Assembly: GCA_051362555.1 (NCBI GenBank)
Contig: CM120645.1
Coordinates: forward strand, 11,222,001-11,286,000
Length of the DNA stretch: 64,000 nucleotides
Origin: Lingula anatina
Taxonomy: Eukaryota; Animalia; Brachiopoda
Reading direction: 5' to 3'
In this document: positions 19,100 through 36,852 of the stretch, in pieces
Layout: each line of letters opens with the position of its first letter
Numbering within the stretch: position 1 is the first letter of the stretch
The notes under the pieces: generated by a model
Told to the model about the DNA's origin: nothing
The model's database searches: none
Seen by the model: only the letters and a program-made list of their open reading frames with translations
Translations under genes and position numbers: made by a program

Positions 19100-22000
19100 T
19101 TATTGTACCACCAGCGTTAGCGCTGGCGGTACACATGGTTTCGGTCCCGTCCGGATCGTTCCGCCGGCTCCGCCAGCTCCGCCGGCTCCGCCGGCTCCGC
19201 CGGACGGCTACCGTTACCGCTTCTCCTCCTAGACGGTAAGGGCCCCCGTACCCATCTCATGGATTTAGGTCACCTATAATCTCAACTCGTTCCACGTAAA
19301 ATTTGGGCTTTGTCGGTATTGGGGTCTGGGTGTGGCACTCATTACAATGCACCCTTGTCTAAAAATGGCAAAATTAAATGCTAATTATCTACCCTACGGA
19401 AGGAGTTATGGGAAAAATTTCTATAGACGGCTTTCCAAAAGTCATATGTGTAGATTTCAAATATACCCTTGGATTTGACCTTTGACCTTTACTTCAAGGT
19501 CAAATGGGCCAAAATTTTCAAAAAAATGAAATTTTTTACGAAAAAAAATTTTTTTGCCCTGTTATTCAGACACTACACAGACTTAACCAATAATATTATT
19601 GGAAAGTGTTACCCTTCAGGTCATCTTTCATCTCCATGAATTTGGGGTCAATCGGTGCATTTTCACGGGAGTAGCGGCCATAAGATACCGAAACTGAAAA
19701 CTGTCTCTAATTCGGGAACCGTTAATGCTAGAGACCCATCCTTTTTTGCATTTTGTAGAGCATGTAAAGCCCAACACTGAAGGTGGTCTCGGTTTTTTTG
19801 TATTCCATACGGTTTTCGAGTTACGCTGTATCAAAAAGTACATATTGGTGGTAAAAGCAAATGTGCAGTACGGTAATGGATAATAAATTTTGAACTCTGG
19901 AAAAATAAAACATAAGGCTTGGAAAAGCAGACAACTTGTGTTCAAAAATGACATTATTTCATCAAATTTGAACTTCTGAAACTTCAGAGCACCTCCTATT
20001 TCAAGAATTTTGACCAAAATGACATTTTCTTTATTTTAATTAATTTTTTCTGTACGAAATTTAAGGCACATTATGGTAACTCCAAAATTATAACATTTAG
20101 TCCCTTATATCTCCAAAACTGGCAGAGATAGGTCCATAGTTACTATTGAAGTTGAATAGGAAGTCATATACTGGCTATCTTTCTGTGACCTTAAAATTGA
20201 CCTTTGACCTACTTTTCACCATGAACTGAACTTTGCAAATTTTGCTTCCCTTTTATCTCCAAAACTGGCAGAGATAGGTCCATAGTTACTATTGAACTTG
20301 AATAGGAAGTCATATACTGGCAATCTAAATGTGATCTTAAAATTGACCTTTGACCTACTTTTCACCATGAACTGAACTTTGCAAATTTTGCTTCCCTTTT
20401 ATCTCCAAAACTGGCAGAGATAGGTCCGTAGTTACTATTGAACTTGAATAGAAAGTCATATACTGGCAATCTAAATGTGACCTTGAAATTGACCTTTGAC
20501 CTACTTTTCACCATGAACTGAACTTTGCAAATTTTGCTTTCCTTTTATCTCCAAAACTGGCAGAGATAGGTCCGTAGTTACTATTGAACTTGAATAGGAA
20601 GTCATATACTGGCAATCTATATGTGACCTTAAAATTGACCTTTGACCTACTTTTCACCATGAATTGAACTTTGCAAATTTTGCTTTCCTTTTATCTCCAA
20701 AACTGGCAGAGATAGGTCCGTAGTTACTATTGAACTTGAATAGGAAGTCATATACTGGCAATCTATATGTGACCTTAAAATTGACCTTTGACCTACTTTT
20801 CACCATGAACTGAACTTTGCAGATTTTGCTTCCCTTTTATCTCCAAAACTGGCAGAGATAGGTCCATAGTTACTATTGAACTTGAATAGGAAGTCATATA
20901 CTGGCAATCTAAATGTGACCTTAAAATTGACCTTTGACCTACTTTACACCATGAACTGAATTTTGCAAATTTTGCTTTTCTTTTATCTCCAAAACTGGCT
21001 GAGATAGGTCCGTAGTTACTATTGAACTTGAATAGAAAGTCATATACTGGCAATCTAAATGTGACCTTGAAATTGACCTTTGACCTACTTTTCACCATGA
21101 ATTGAACTTTGCAAATTTTGCTTTCCTTTTATCTCCAAAACTGGCAGAGATAGGTCCGTAGTTACTATTGAACTTGAATAGGAAGTCATATACTGGCAAT
21201 CTATATGTGACCTTGAAATTGACCTTTGACCTACTTTTTACCATGAATTGAACTTTGCAAATTTTGCTTTCCATTTATCTCCAAAACTGGCAGAGATAGG
21301 TCCGTAGTTACTATTGAACTTGAATAGGAAGTCATATACTGGCAATCTATATGTGACCTTAAAATTGACCTTTGACCTACTTTTCACCATGAATTGAACT
21401 TTGCAAATTTTGCTTTCCTTTTATCTCCAAAACTGGCAGAGATAGGCCCGTAGTTACTATTGAACTTGAATAGGAAATCATATACTGTCAATCTTTCTGT
21501 GACCTTAAAATTGACCTTTGACCTACTTTTCACCATGAACTGAATTTTGCAAATTTTGCTTCCCTTTTATCTCCAAAACTGGCAGAGATAGGTCCGTAGT
21601 TACTATTGAACTTGAATAGGAAGTCATATACTGGCAATCTAAATGTGACCTTAAAATTGACCTTTGACCTACTTTACACCATGAACTGAATTTTGCAAAT
21701 TTTGCTTTTCTTTTATCTCCAAAACTGGCTGAGATAGGTCCGTAGTTACTATTGAACTTGAATAGAAAGTCATATACTGGCAATCTAAATGTGACCTTGA
21801 AATTGACCTTTGACCTACTTTTCACCATGAATTGAACTTTGCAAATTTTGCTTTCCTTTTATCTCCAAAACTGGCAGAGATAGGTCCGTAGTTACTATTG
21901 AACTTGAATAGGAAGTCATATACTGGCAATCTATATGTGACCTTGAAATTGACCTTTGACCTACTTTTTACCATGAATTGAACTTTGCAAATTTTGCTTT

Positions 22001-23344
22001 CCATTTATCTCCAAAACTGGCAGAGATAGGTCCGTAGTTACTATTGAACTTGAATAGGAAGTCATATACTGACAATCTATATGTGACCTTAAAATTGACC
22101 TTTGACCTACTTTTCACCAAGAATTGAACTTTGCAAATTTTGCTTTCCTTTTATCTCCAAAACTGGCAGAGATAGGCCCGTAGTTACTATTGAACTTGAA
22201 TAGGAAGTCATATACTGTCAATCTTTCTGTGACCTTAAAATTGACCTTTGACCTACTTTTCACCATGAACTGAATTTTGCAAATTTTGCTTCCCTTTTAT
22301 CTCCAAAACTGGCAGAGATAGGTCCATAGTTACTATTGAACTTGAATAGGAAGTCATATACTGGCAATCTAAATGTGACCTTAAAATTGACCTTTGACCT
22401 ACTTTACACCATGAACTGAATTTTGCAAATTTTGCTTTTCTTTTATCTCCAAAACTGGCTGAGATAGGTCCGTAGTTACTATTGAACTTGAATAGAAAGT
22501 CATATACTGGCAATCTAAATGTGACCTTGAAATTGACCTTTTACCTACTTTTCACCATGAATTGAACTTTGCAAATTTTGCTTTCCTTTTATCTCCAAAA
22601 CTGGCAGAGATAGGTCTGTAGTTACTATTGAACTTGAATAGGAAGTCATATACTGGCAATCTATATGTGACCTTAAAATTGACCTTTTACCTACTTTTCA
22701 CCATGAATTGAACTTTGCAAATTTTGCTTTCCTTTTATCTCCAAAACTGGCAGAGATAGGTCTGTAGTTACTATTGAACTTGAATAGGAAGTCATATACT
22801 GGCAATCTATATGTGACCTTAAAATTGACCTTTGACCTACTTTTCACCATGAACTGAATTTTGCAAATTTTTCTTCCCTTTTATCTCCAAAACTGGCAGA
22901 GATAGGTCCATAGTTACTATTGAACTTGAATAGGAAGTCATATACTGGCAATCTAAATGTGACCTTAAAATTGACCTTTGACCTACTTTTCACCATGAAC
23001 TGAACTTTGCAAATTTTGCTTTCCTTTTGTCTCCAAAACTGGCAGAGATAGGTCCATAGTTACTCTTGAACTTGAATAGGAAGTCATATACTGGCAATTT
23101 ACTGTGACCTTGAAATTGACCCTTGACCTATCTTACATCTTACGAAGAACTTAAATTTGATTGTACCATATATATTTTTTGCAAAAGTTTAAAAATTCTT
23201 GTTGATTGCATTTTTACAGCTTGTCAAGCACAAAACTGGTGGCTGTGTCCCTTATTTTGTGTATGTGGAGGTCTATACGAATGCGCTTGCTCCAGCTGGT
23301 GGTACAATATTCGGAGGCGGTATCGCCTCTCTGATCCTCTAGTT
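19100..23344 (+). mobile_element. Non-autonomous Helentron-type element (HINE/DINE-1-like), family A, with internal satellite
   Basis: 5' subTIR tattgtaccaccagc with adjacent inverted copy gctggcggtaca, (ccggctccg)n microsatellite 19161-19204, internal tandem array, 3' subTIR gctggtggtacaata (23295-23309), hairpin gaggcggtatcgcctc, ctagtt end, T-rich flanks, no TSD. Matches the described HINE layout. Confidence 0.85.
20100..23130. repeat. Satellite array, 146-bp monomer x about 20.7, with 730-bp higher-order period
   Basis: ctccaaaactgg starts at 20111, 20257, 20403, 20549 ... 23031 (20 x 146). Variant aaaactggct recurs at 20991, 21721 and 22451. Confidence 0.97.
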
Positions 23345-24721
23345 TTGGGAAAAGTTTATAACCATTTGCCAATCTGGCATATCATAGTCCACTATGAACA
23401 TAATACTAAAAACCCCATTTCTTGATGTACATATTCAGACTAGATAGGTGCAGAAACGGAGTCAGATTCGAATAAGTCCGTATGTCATGGTAAAATAGAT
23501 ATCAGATGTATCACTAAATTTTACATATTCAGAATTATGTATTAACAAATAGTGTTTAAAGTAGTTTTTTAAATATTTTTTCCTCTTTTGTTTAACTTAC
23601 AAGTATAAAGGTGTTGGTTTACAAACAAAATCTAAAACTGGATACTGGCATAATTGGATTTTAATTGCAGCTCTGGCATTCCTCACATTTTACACACGGC
23701 GTGGCTTTTTGGTAGTTTTACAATTATATAGAATTTATTTACTTCATTTATAATTTAGCATATATGATACAAAGATATTTTGCTATTATTTCTGTGATAG
23801 TTTTGTACTTGATGTGTCTTTTTGTAAAAAGAAATTGGTTATCTTTGAGTGATAAAGAATTAGTCTAAAAGTAGAATGACCATCTTGCACAATCAGCAAT
23901 GTTCATATTTGAACTATCGTCAATGTAGCAGTGTAGAATTTTCAACTTGTTTTTGGTGAAGTACTGTGCAGCATTTTGCTGACATTATATGTATGTAATG
24001 TAGGATTGACCTGTTAGTATAAATACTATGGAATAAAGGCTTAGCATCTTTTTTGTAAAGACATGTTGTGTTCACATATTTAACGAGGAAAAAACCTTTG
24101 AAGTGACAAATATCTATAACTGAAATGTGCAATTTAGGAAAATGACATCATTTATTGGTACTTACAAATTGTTTTTCAAATTATATTGTGGTGCTGCCAT
24201 CTCTATGAAATAAATTACCCCCCCCCCCAAAAAAAAAAAAAAAAAAAAGAAATTCCTCAGTCCACAATAATGGGGCGCATTCAAGTCTGACTAAACTTTT
24301 ATCTTCACAGTTTAAAGACAATGACCAGGGGTGGCAGAGGGGATTTTATCAAGATGCCAGCCATAGGAATTTTAACAAGCCTTCCATCTGTAACACGAGG
24401 CTGTCCTCTTCTCAAAGAGACCATCAAAATGACTGCTGGAAAGCTCACTGGCTTCCTTGCTTCAGAGAGAATATTTTTTATCTTGCATTTCACAAGAACA
24501 ATTCTTATTGTCTCCTTCAGAATTTAGGAAATCTTGTTTTCTATGAAGTTCTTTTTTTTTTCTACTTTCCCCCTGCCTCACAAATGTCCAGCACACAATA
24601 CATTGTTCAACTCAGTCTGCTTTTAATGCAGCAATTTGATGCACTATAATTTTACATCATAATATACAACTTCCTTCCCTTGCAATTAGTCATATTAATT
24701 TTTTAATTCCTGATGAACAGT

Positions 24722-28178
<3,457 letters not shown>

Positions 28179-28439
28179 TCAGATCTAAGCCAAATTTCCA
28201 TGAAGTAAAATGAAAAAAATCAAAATAATTTATTGACATATTTAATAAGATAACAAAATCAGTGAAGAAACAAGATCTTCTACTGCAAGCATTTTTCATC
28301 AGTCAACTCTCAACGACAGAATGACTTGACAAGATACACGTGACGGTTTTTCTTGCCAAAAAGGGTATTTGACAAACAAACCAATGCCACAAAAATATTA
28401 TAAACCCTCTATTTGTTTATTGCTTTTGAAGATTTTCTT

Positions 28440-28804
28440 ACTTGGATGAATATAATGCTTCCTATTAGTTAATAATTACTTACATTTTTATGGATGAGAT
28501 CTGCCGGCGACTTTCTTGTTTGCAGGTGAATAACAGGACCGCACAAAATTTCTTCAAGGTCTGTATTTACTTCCTTCTGAATGCAAACGCATTTCAGATA
28601 AATGATGGTTAAAATAAATTAAGATATAACCATTCTATGTTTTTTGAGGAGTTATTGTTTTATATCAAGATAGATAGTTTATTTAATTTTGGCAAATCAA
28701 AATGCCTCTTTGATTTCGATATTTTTGCTGCAGAGCAACTCTTCATATCTGACTAATCACCTCGCGAGAGACATTGTTTGCGGAAGAAAAAGAAAGCCGA
28801 AAAA
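28440..28804. promoter_or_regulatory. Bidirectional promoter shared by PSMA5 and the synaptophysin-family gene
   Basis: Start codons 693 bp apart and divergent; CTCGCGAGA motif at 28761 and ETS-like CGGAAG at 28781. Confidence 0.6.
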
Positions 28805-31708
28805 ATGGACGTAGGAGGCGTAAGTTTTTTTAAATAATATTTTGAAAATATATCGAATGTTTAAATTACATTATTATTGCAGCATAAACCTTACAAGAAG
28901 GTGCTAGCGTGTTGTCACATCTTTTATGTTCAAGATATCGAACAATTCTACAGCTTGACGTGTAAAAGATCGATCTTGTCGTCGTTGTTTGACTCGAAAT
29001 GTCATGTGACGGCATTAAATTCATTTTTGCTTTCATGAAGTGAAACTCGGAAATTACTGTAATTAGTTATAAAACTAGCTAATATATGTAGTAATTTATC
29101 GTGTGCGTAAGGCGGGAGCTTTAGATACCCTGTCTTATTGTCTAGAACTTCGGGTTTAAAATGAGCACTTGTACAGCTGAAGTAAATACCCTGTCAATGG
29201 GCTCTAAAGTTTCAGTTGTAGATCTAACGTGTTTATTAGTACTTCGCATGCCTAAAAGAGTGAGATACAAACAAGCAAGTTAGCCTGCATTGGACCTGAT
29301 GTGAAGCTCCTGCTACCTCTAGATAATGTTCCCAAGCACCAAATTTTGTTTGTACTAGTAGTAGTAGTACAGTGTATTAATAATTAATAAGCTAGGTGGG
29401 CATGAGAGATTTCTAGTTGAGGTGTAAAAATAACTTGGATCCAACAGTAGGGTGATGGCAGCTAGAAGAGCAATGTTGCATTTCTGAACAAACTACATGT
29501 ATATGTAAAATAAAGCAATGTGCCAAAACTAAATATGCATGATGTAGGTTTATGTGTGTGTCACAATACAAAACTGCATGTCAGAATATAGAAAAAAAAT
29601 GTAATTAAATGAACTCATTTACATCATGATTAATGTATTTTCCTTGGTTTGACTTCTGTGTGTCTCTAACATGTTCACGAATGTACTAACTCAAGATAAA
29701 ATGATTTTGTTTAAAAGGTGTATATGGAGAAAAAATATTAAGCTGGTCTGCTTTTGTCTACCAGTACATCTGAATAGCAGCCATGTTCAGAAAGCTAATT
29801 GGCATCTTTTTTTTTCTTTTTGTCTGGCATAATAAATCAAATTGATATGCAATAATAGCCCTGTTAAATGCCTAGTATCCTACCCATTGCTTAAATATCA
29901 GTTGTATTGTGTAATCAGCAGTGAATGTTATCTTGATTGCTGTGCTGAATTGGAGTGGTACGGTAGTAGCTCATAAATTTCAACATATGTCATCTGTGTT
30001 AAAATTTAATTTTCACAAGTTTTTACTATATTTACTCACTAAATGTACTTTCATATGACCCCAACTTGCTCATGCATATTCAAAACTTCCATATCCTGTT
30101 TCTCTAATTTAATACCAACAAAACAAAAAATCTGTCTGGTTTGAATATGTTGAACAATCATATCACATCATTGTAATACATGCTGCTGATTATATCCCAG
30201 TATTGAAGCACTGACATTTACTGGTAATTTCTGGTATTATACATAATTGTCTACCATCTATGGCATGCTTCATGAGTTAAGTACACATCTTTGGTGATTT
30301 TGTCTATTACTGTAATAGTACTGGTATATGCCTCTGGTTTTGTTGTACAGTGGTCTGCCAGATAGTGACTAGCATTTCCAGTAGAGTTAATATGATATCC
30401 AATTTGTACATTTTGCCACAAAAAAAGCCCCTTTCCCAAAGACACTTTGCCACAAAAAGGCCCCATTCCCAAAGACACCATAGGTGTACATTGATCGATC
30501 CAGCTCTTGCAGAGTGCAATCAGCTCAACTGAATAACATGCCTCCTATTGTTTCCAATATTCTCTTATAATCTCCAGCTTTTCTGTATTCTGTTCAATGC
30601 CAGGATTAGACGTCATTCAGTTAAGCTGATTGCACTTGGCAAGATTCCTCAGTGTTGGAACGATCTATGCAGACCTATGGTGTGTATGAGAATGGATTTA
30701 AGTCACTACTAGTTTAATAGACTGATCAGCCACTGAAGTCTATATATGTTAAGAGGAGTGTTTTGTACTGTGAAAATCGCTGACCAGTATAATATGGTAA
30801 TGAAGTAAATATCAGTAAAATACTATGTCCACCTAACAGCTAGAGAAGATTATTAACATGGTTTAAGTCTGCCTGGAGCTGGCCCAGCATTGATTTCTTC
30901 TTTACTGTACATTAATATTTGGGCCTTTGACAGATAAGTTTTAGAAGCAATGGCAGTGTATAGAGGATGAGTCATGGAAATGAGTGGCGTACGATGTACG
31001 TATAATATGTGCTAAATAGAAAGTATGTTTTTTCCCTTTTATATTACATCTTGTTGGATCCATAATTCAAAGTTTATGCATCATGGTTGTGCTTTCATTT
31101 TCATTGTTGTATTTCATCCAAAGAATAAGTATAATTGCATGCCTGGTTATGTCATTGTTAAAGCAATTCATGATTTATGTAATATGCCAAACCAAAATTA
31201 ATTTCATTGTGTAATTGCAGGCTGTGTAATTCCTCCCACATACTAATAGGACATTAATATATTTTTTTATGGAGATTCATAACTATGAAAACAGACTAAC
31301 AGTTGCACTGCTGTGACCCTTTTCTCTATTATATCTTATTCAGTCAGGACCGATTTACTTTGGGCTCATTCCCAATAAAACTGTTGTTCTTTGTGAATCG
31401 ATCCAACTCCGCGGAGACTCTCTCAGATTCGAAAATTAACACTCTTATTGTTTCCAGAGTACTGGTATAATCACCAGCTTTTCTATGTTCTACTCAATGC
31501 CAGGAGAGTTTCATTGGGACTGACCCCTAAGAACAAGATAATTTGAAACGCTTGATGTGACAAGGTTTAGAGTTGTTATAATGTGAAGAAAGCTCTGTGG
31601 CTCAATGAGTGAAAGCAAGTGTTTATTAATTAATAAATGCTAATTCATATTTCTTTCCCTTTTAACTGGCAGAAATATCGCAATGAGGTGTTCAGAATGG
31701 TGAGTCTT

Positions 31709-31743
<35 letters not shown>

Positions 31744-34700
31744 TGCGTGTCTGTGTGTGTGTATCTTCACTGGGTGGGTATTTGGTTTTGAAAAGAAAGG
31801 AAGGGTATTGTCACCACCCTGGATAGGCCTTTTGAGTGTGATGTGAAGCTTTTGGTAATAGTATAAAAATTTCAGAGATAAACTGAGAATTAAAAGAGCT
31901 TGGAATTTCACAGAAATGAAAAATAATAATTATTTTGATCTTCTGTCACGTCAGACTTGATTTTTTAGTAAGTTGTTTATTTGAAGTTGGTTGTGAATGT
32001 TTTATATTGTTTTCACTTCTCCTGCCTAAAACAAGGTTAAGTTTAACAAAAATACATTCCTTAGTAGTTTTTTCACAAGATACAAATAAGTCTACTAAGA
32101 GATTTCTAGCAAATCATCCAAGATTTATTAATATATACCTAGAACTGCATCCCTGATGTGAGGATTTTATTCAGAGAATATATCTACGTTAGGTGAAGCT
32201 GAAAACTGTAAAAAGGTCTTTTCAGTCAAGTTGGTTAAGTTAGCGAAAATAAACTTAAATTAAATGTTTGAACAGATGAACCAGCTTTAATTTAATAGGA
32301 TGTGTATGGCATATGCAGCATAATGCTATTAGCTGCTTTAAAAAAGATCAAAACTCCACCACCTGAACAACTTCAGTTTGGGATTACTCTGTGAAAATTA
32401 GAGGTCATTTCATTGATTTCTCATGCAGTCTGATGGGTTCTGTTGCTGGTAATAGCTGGCATTGATTGCTGCCTATTTCATTACAGCAGAGATCCTTTCA
32501 TGGACACTGCACAATCCAATGAACACTGATGGAGTTTTTATTCTGCTTTTATTTAAATTTTAGTTTATTCATTTATTTATTTAATTAATTTATTTATTTA
32601 TTTTGCACTTAAACACATTTATATATTCAAGACAAGACAAAAAGTGAGACAATTTAACTGACAAAATAAATGGGCCAATTATTGGCAAATTTTTGTCCTA
32701 ATTGAAACAAGTTTTGATTATGTTTTCAGTTAGTACTTTTCTCCTAAGGCAATTTAACCTATAATTTTTTTTTCTCATTTAATTTTCAGGATGAACAAAA
32801 TATATTGCCTTTCATCATTTGCCACTTTAAGCTTCTGTACAGTTTGAATGTTGTAAAATATGTACTAGTTTTTGGCATTATAAAACTTATCGGGGCCTTT
32901 AAGTCAAACAGGTCACTCACTGGTAATGAATTGCAAAAAATCAATTTATTTTGGTGCAGAAATTGACCTCCATGACTTTGAAAGTATTTATGATTTTGCC
33001 ATGCACTAATGCCATCTATTGACCTTCCAGATAGCTGCTGGTGCGGACTTTGATGTCTTGAAGTACCCCAAGGGATTTATAAAGATTATTCAATTTGTAA
33101 GCTCATCCATCTCATTGTACATTTTTATGTCAAGCTAGAAATACAGATACAATGAAATATTATTATAATAAGTTTGATGGGTCAGCAAATGGATTTTAAA
33201 GTTAAAACAGGGAAGAAGTGTTATTAGCAGAACTGTGTTAAAATTGATTGCATTAATTTTTTTTTATTAAAATGAAATGTTAGAAGATAAATAAAAAGGG
33301 CAGTTTTGTATTTCGTAAATTAAATTTGAGAGTACCTGCAACTGTCATTAGAAAGTAAAACATGTAGAGTTGATTTCTGTGTAAGACTCGAGTGATTTTG
33401 ACACATGTATTTAATGATAAATTTATTTTGTAAATTTATAAAACTGTGCTGCTTTTCTTTTGAAATGAAACATAAAAAATTTATATACTACTGTACAAGA
33501 TACAACAGTAACAGATACTTTTGAGTTACACAAAATGGATGAAATGCAACAAATTATTACCATAATACATGTAGTAGCTAGATGCATGAGCTATTTCACA
33601 GTATACAAGAAAATCATTGCCATATTAATGAATCGTTTGTCTACAGTATTGGCTTCCTCATTTTTCCAGGTTCTGGCAATATTTGCATTTGCCACAACAA
33701 CCAGTGTGAACACTTTCTCTGAGTGGAGGGTAGTTTGTAATGGAACAGCAACAGCAAGGGTAGACAAGTTAAAGATAGCATATCCATTTGTGTAGGTGTA
33801 GAATTGGTGGTTGAATTCTATGACCTCGTTTTCACAGACACCATCTGATCCAACTCTGCCATTCTGCTGGTACTGTCTCCAGATTCAATCAGCTGAACGA
33901 CACGCCTCCTCTTGTTTTCACTGTACTCCCATAATCTCCAGCTTTTCTGTATTTTACTCAATGCCAGGAGATGTGACATGTATTAATTTGCACTCAGCAA
34001 GAGTCCCCACAGAGTTGGATCGATTTACATAGACCAATGGTGTCTTTGGGAATGGGGCCTAACAGACCTATATGTGATTAGTCCAAGTTCAAAAATTCTC
34101 TGTGGGTTTTTTTTTTTACCTCTGCCAAAGAGAAATTTTTTTTTTTTTTTTTTTTGCTTTTTTTTCCCTAAGAGACAGTTTCGTCAAGTAATAAAAAAAG
34201 CTATGAACCATCAGTTGTAAGGCCACTGAGTTATTTCTTCTGACTTTTTTCCTATAAGGCAAAATCATACTGGTATGCTGTTCAAATTTACACATGAAGT
34301 CCCATATTTTTCAGCTTAGACAACCAGGAATTTACCACCTGCGGTGTAAAAGGAATGGTGTACGGCAACTTCTCTGCGCCGTCTCAGTTCTATGTGTTCA
34401 TTGGTGTCATGGCATTCCTGTACAGTCTGGCCATTGTTATCACCTACGTCTTTTTCTCAGCCAAGTTCAAAGAGAATGATTTGGGGCCAAAAGTGGTAAT
34501 ATTTCTCTCTTTCTCAAGCCTCTGTTTAAAGTCAGAATTTAAAGTTAAAAAATAAAGATCTTTTTCAGTAAGTATAAGTTTGTCAGTCACACAGTAATTG
34601 GTGTTTTATAGATTGATTATAAATATTTGTAACCAAGTGATGGGAGTGATATTACACCAGAAAATCTATGCTTTGTTATTGGACTCTCAAGACCTTGAGG

Positions 34701-35906
34701 CAAGTCTGATGCACATTTAGTAATGTAGCAAAAGACCACACAGAATGGCGTCACAGTGTCGTGGCCCTATTTCCCAACTGGGAAGATGGGGATACGTGAA
34801 GTGTGAAGTGAAAGCACATTTTAAAATGAATTTTAGACTAAATATATTCAGGGGCGGATTGAGGCCGTCTTCAGGATCTTCTGGAAGACGGTCAGATTTT
34901 GAAGTTTACATTGATGGGTATCTAATTTTTTTCTGTCGGAAGACAGTCAAAAAAGGAGGATGGATCAATAAAGATAATTCAGAAGCTTGTCAGAAAATGT
35001 ATCTTGATCCGCACCTGTTATTATTATTATTATTATTATGACATTCTCTTTCCTCTCTCCAGGACTTCATAGTCCACATAGTATTTGGTCTGATGTGGCT
35101 GATAGCCTCGGCGGCCTGGGCGGCTGGTTTGACTGGACTCAAGTTCTACTCTGACCCCAATGAGTTCATGAAGACACACCTGTGTACAGCTCCCAAGACA
35201 GAATGCACCCAGATCAGGGAGGGAGACTTTGCCAGCCTCAATGTGTCTATTGTAGGTCTGGGGTTGGGGTTAGATCTCTGACTACAGACAGACAGACAGA
35301 CAGAGAGAGACAGACAGAGAGATTGAGAGATGGACTGACAGAGAGACAGACAGACAGACAGACAGAGACAGACAGACAGAGGGAGATGGACTTACAGAGA
35401 AAGAGTTAGAGACAGACAGACTAAGATCAAACAGAGGAACATATTCTATATGAAAGTAATTTGTGAACTTTTTACACATACCTCTCTAAAAATCGTTTTG
35501 AATGTTTCATTTGACAATTAAACTGTTAATTATTTTTAAAGACCTTTTATTATGATCTTTGCCCTTAAACAACTTTTTTCAATGATTTTCCCTAAAAAAA
35601 TTGTCATTTTTTTTCTGAAGAAGAGTCATGCTTAAATCAGCAATAATATGAAATAATTTATTTGTTTTTAAATTAAAAAAAAAACAAAACATTTCAATTT
35701 TCATTTCAATTTTCCAGATCTTTGGTTTTCTCAACTTATTTGTCTGGCTCTGCAACCTGTGGTTCCTGTTCAAAGACACCCCTTGGTTCCACCGGGACGC
35801 CCCCGTACCCCCACCCCAGGGCCAGCCTGCCAGCACCCCAGTGACCCCCCCACCCCAGGAGGTACCGGGGGCCATGTACGAGGAGGCTGACAAGACTCAG
35901 TACTAG
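28805..35906 (+). CDS. SYP: Synaptophysin/synaptoporin-family MARVEL protein (253 aa)
   Basis: Exons 28805-28819 (MDVGG, least certain), 33031-33096 (FDVLKYPKGFIKIIQF), 33670-33791 (VLAIFAFATT...YPF), 34315-34495 (GNFSAPSQFYVFIGVMAFLYSL), 35063-35251 (WLIASAAWAAGL...FASLNVSI), 35718-35906 (IFGFLNLFVWLCNLWFLFKDTPW, Pro-rich tail). The symbol denotes the family, not proven one-to-one orthology. Confidence 0.92.
30459..30696. mobile_element. MITE family B copy
   Basis: ggccccattcccaaagacaccatagg ... cctatggtgtgtatgagaatgg; core ccagcttttctgtattct shared with other copies. Confidence 0.7.
31362..31527. mobile_element. MITE family B copy, internally deleted
   Basis: gggctcattcccaataaaac...atcgatccaactccgcggagactctc...gtttcattgggactgacccc. 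Confidence 0.65.
33822..34059. mobile_element. MITE family B copy
   Basis: Ends gagtccccacagagttggatcgatttacatagaccaatggtgtctttgggaatggggcc followed by taa; shares the central core. Confidence 0.7.
35285..35420. repeat. Compound (GACA/GAGA)n microsatellite
   Basis: Imperfect tandem agac/agag units downstream of synaptophysin exon 5. Confidence 0.9.
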
Positions 35907-36816
35907 TGAAATGTAGACAGCTGAAGAGAAGAAATCGGGACGTGGTTATAACATGTAGAGAGAAGATCTAAGGCACAATTCACATGGGTGTGGGAGAGCA
36001 CTAGGTTCTAGTACAGGGTTTGGCGAGATTAGATTAGGCTAGGACATAGTCCTGTTAGGATACTAGACAAACTTGAGGATGTGACACTCTTCACGGCTTG
36101 TGTATCTAAAACTGATGGACACTTACTGACAAGGGCCCACTCCAGCTAGTAAGAATTACATTGTCGCCAGTTTAAGCTTATATTTTCATTGTTTTTCTAA
36201 ATAATCTTTACTAATTTTTTTTTCTTTTACTAATTTAACATTGATAGGATTGTAATGAAAATATTTTCGAGCTTAAGTAAAAATTTTTAGTCTTCGTAGA
36301 CTTGCTAGAACTACATGGATATCAGTGCTGGTGTTAAAGGAAAGAGAATAATGCCATTTACCAGTAATTTAGCTTACAATAGATGCATTTAGAATATTTA
36401 GGTAAGATTCTGTATGAATAAACTATTGAAGATTGCTACAGAATAGATGCATTGCCAAGTAGTAAACAACCCCACATTTACTTTTTTTTGTCAAACTTTG
36501 TATGACATGATTGAACCAGAATTTTTTTCTGTTTGGCTGAGTTTTCTAGCAAAAGTGCTCAGAAAAAGTGTCGGCTTTGTAAGTGGTCTTTTTTGTCACC
36601 CTTTAATTTTTTATTTCACAGTACATTAAGCTTTGCTTTTGCCAGTCCTTTTTTATGGGACACAAGTTGGTTGAGTGGCTATATGTACACTTTGCTGTAT
36701 TTTCTACCCTTTTGCATTGACACTTGGGTTTTCTTTATATTACATTTCATTTAATAATAAATGTTAAAAGGTGTATCCATACAGCCTGCTTTGAATTTTT
36801 GCCATGGATACTTTAT

Positions 36817-36852
<36 letters not shown>

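Noticed and set aside
19628-20017. 129-aa ORF inside the Helentron-type element
   Set aside because: No Rep, helicase or endonuclease motifs; treated as non-coding.
20793-22513. Repeated 60-101 aa ORFs in the ORF track
   Set aside because: Chance translations of the 146-bp satellite; they only report the 730-bp period.
20100-23130. CRISPR-like regular array
   Set aside because: Contiguous near-identical monomers, no unique spacers, no cas genes, eukaryotic context.
36819-36851. 33-nt poly-G run downstream of the synaptophysin stop (G-quadruplex)
   Set aside because: Homopolymer length is unreliable and similar C/G runs are scattered through the window.
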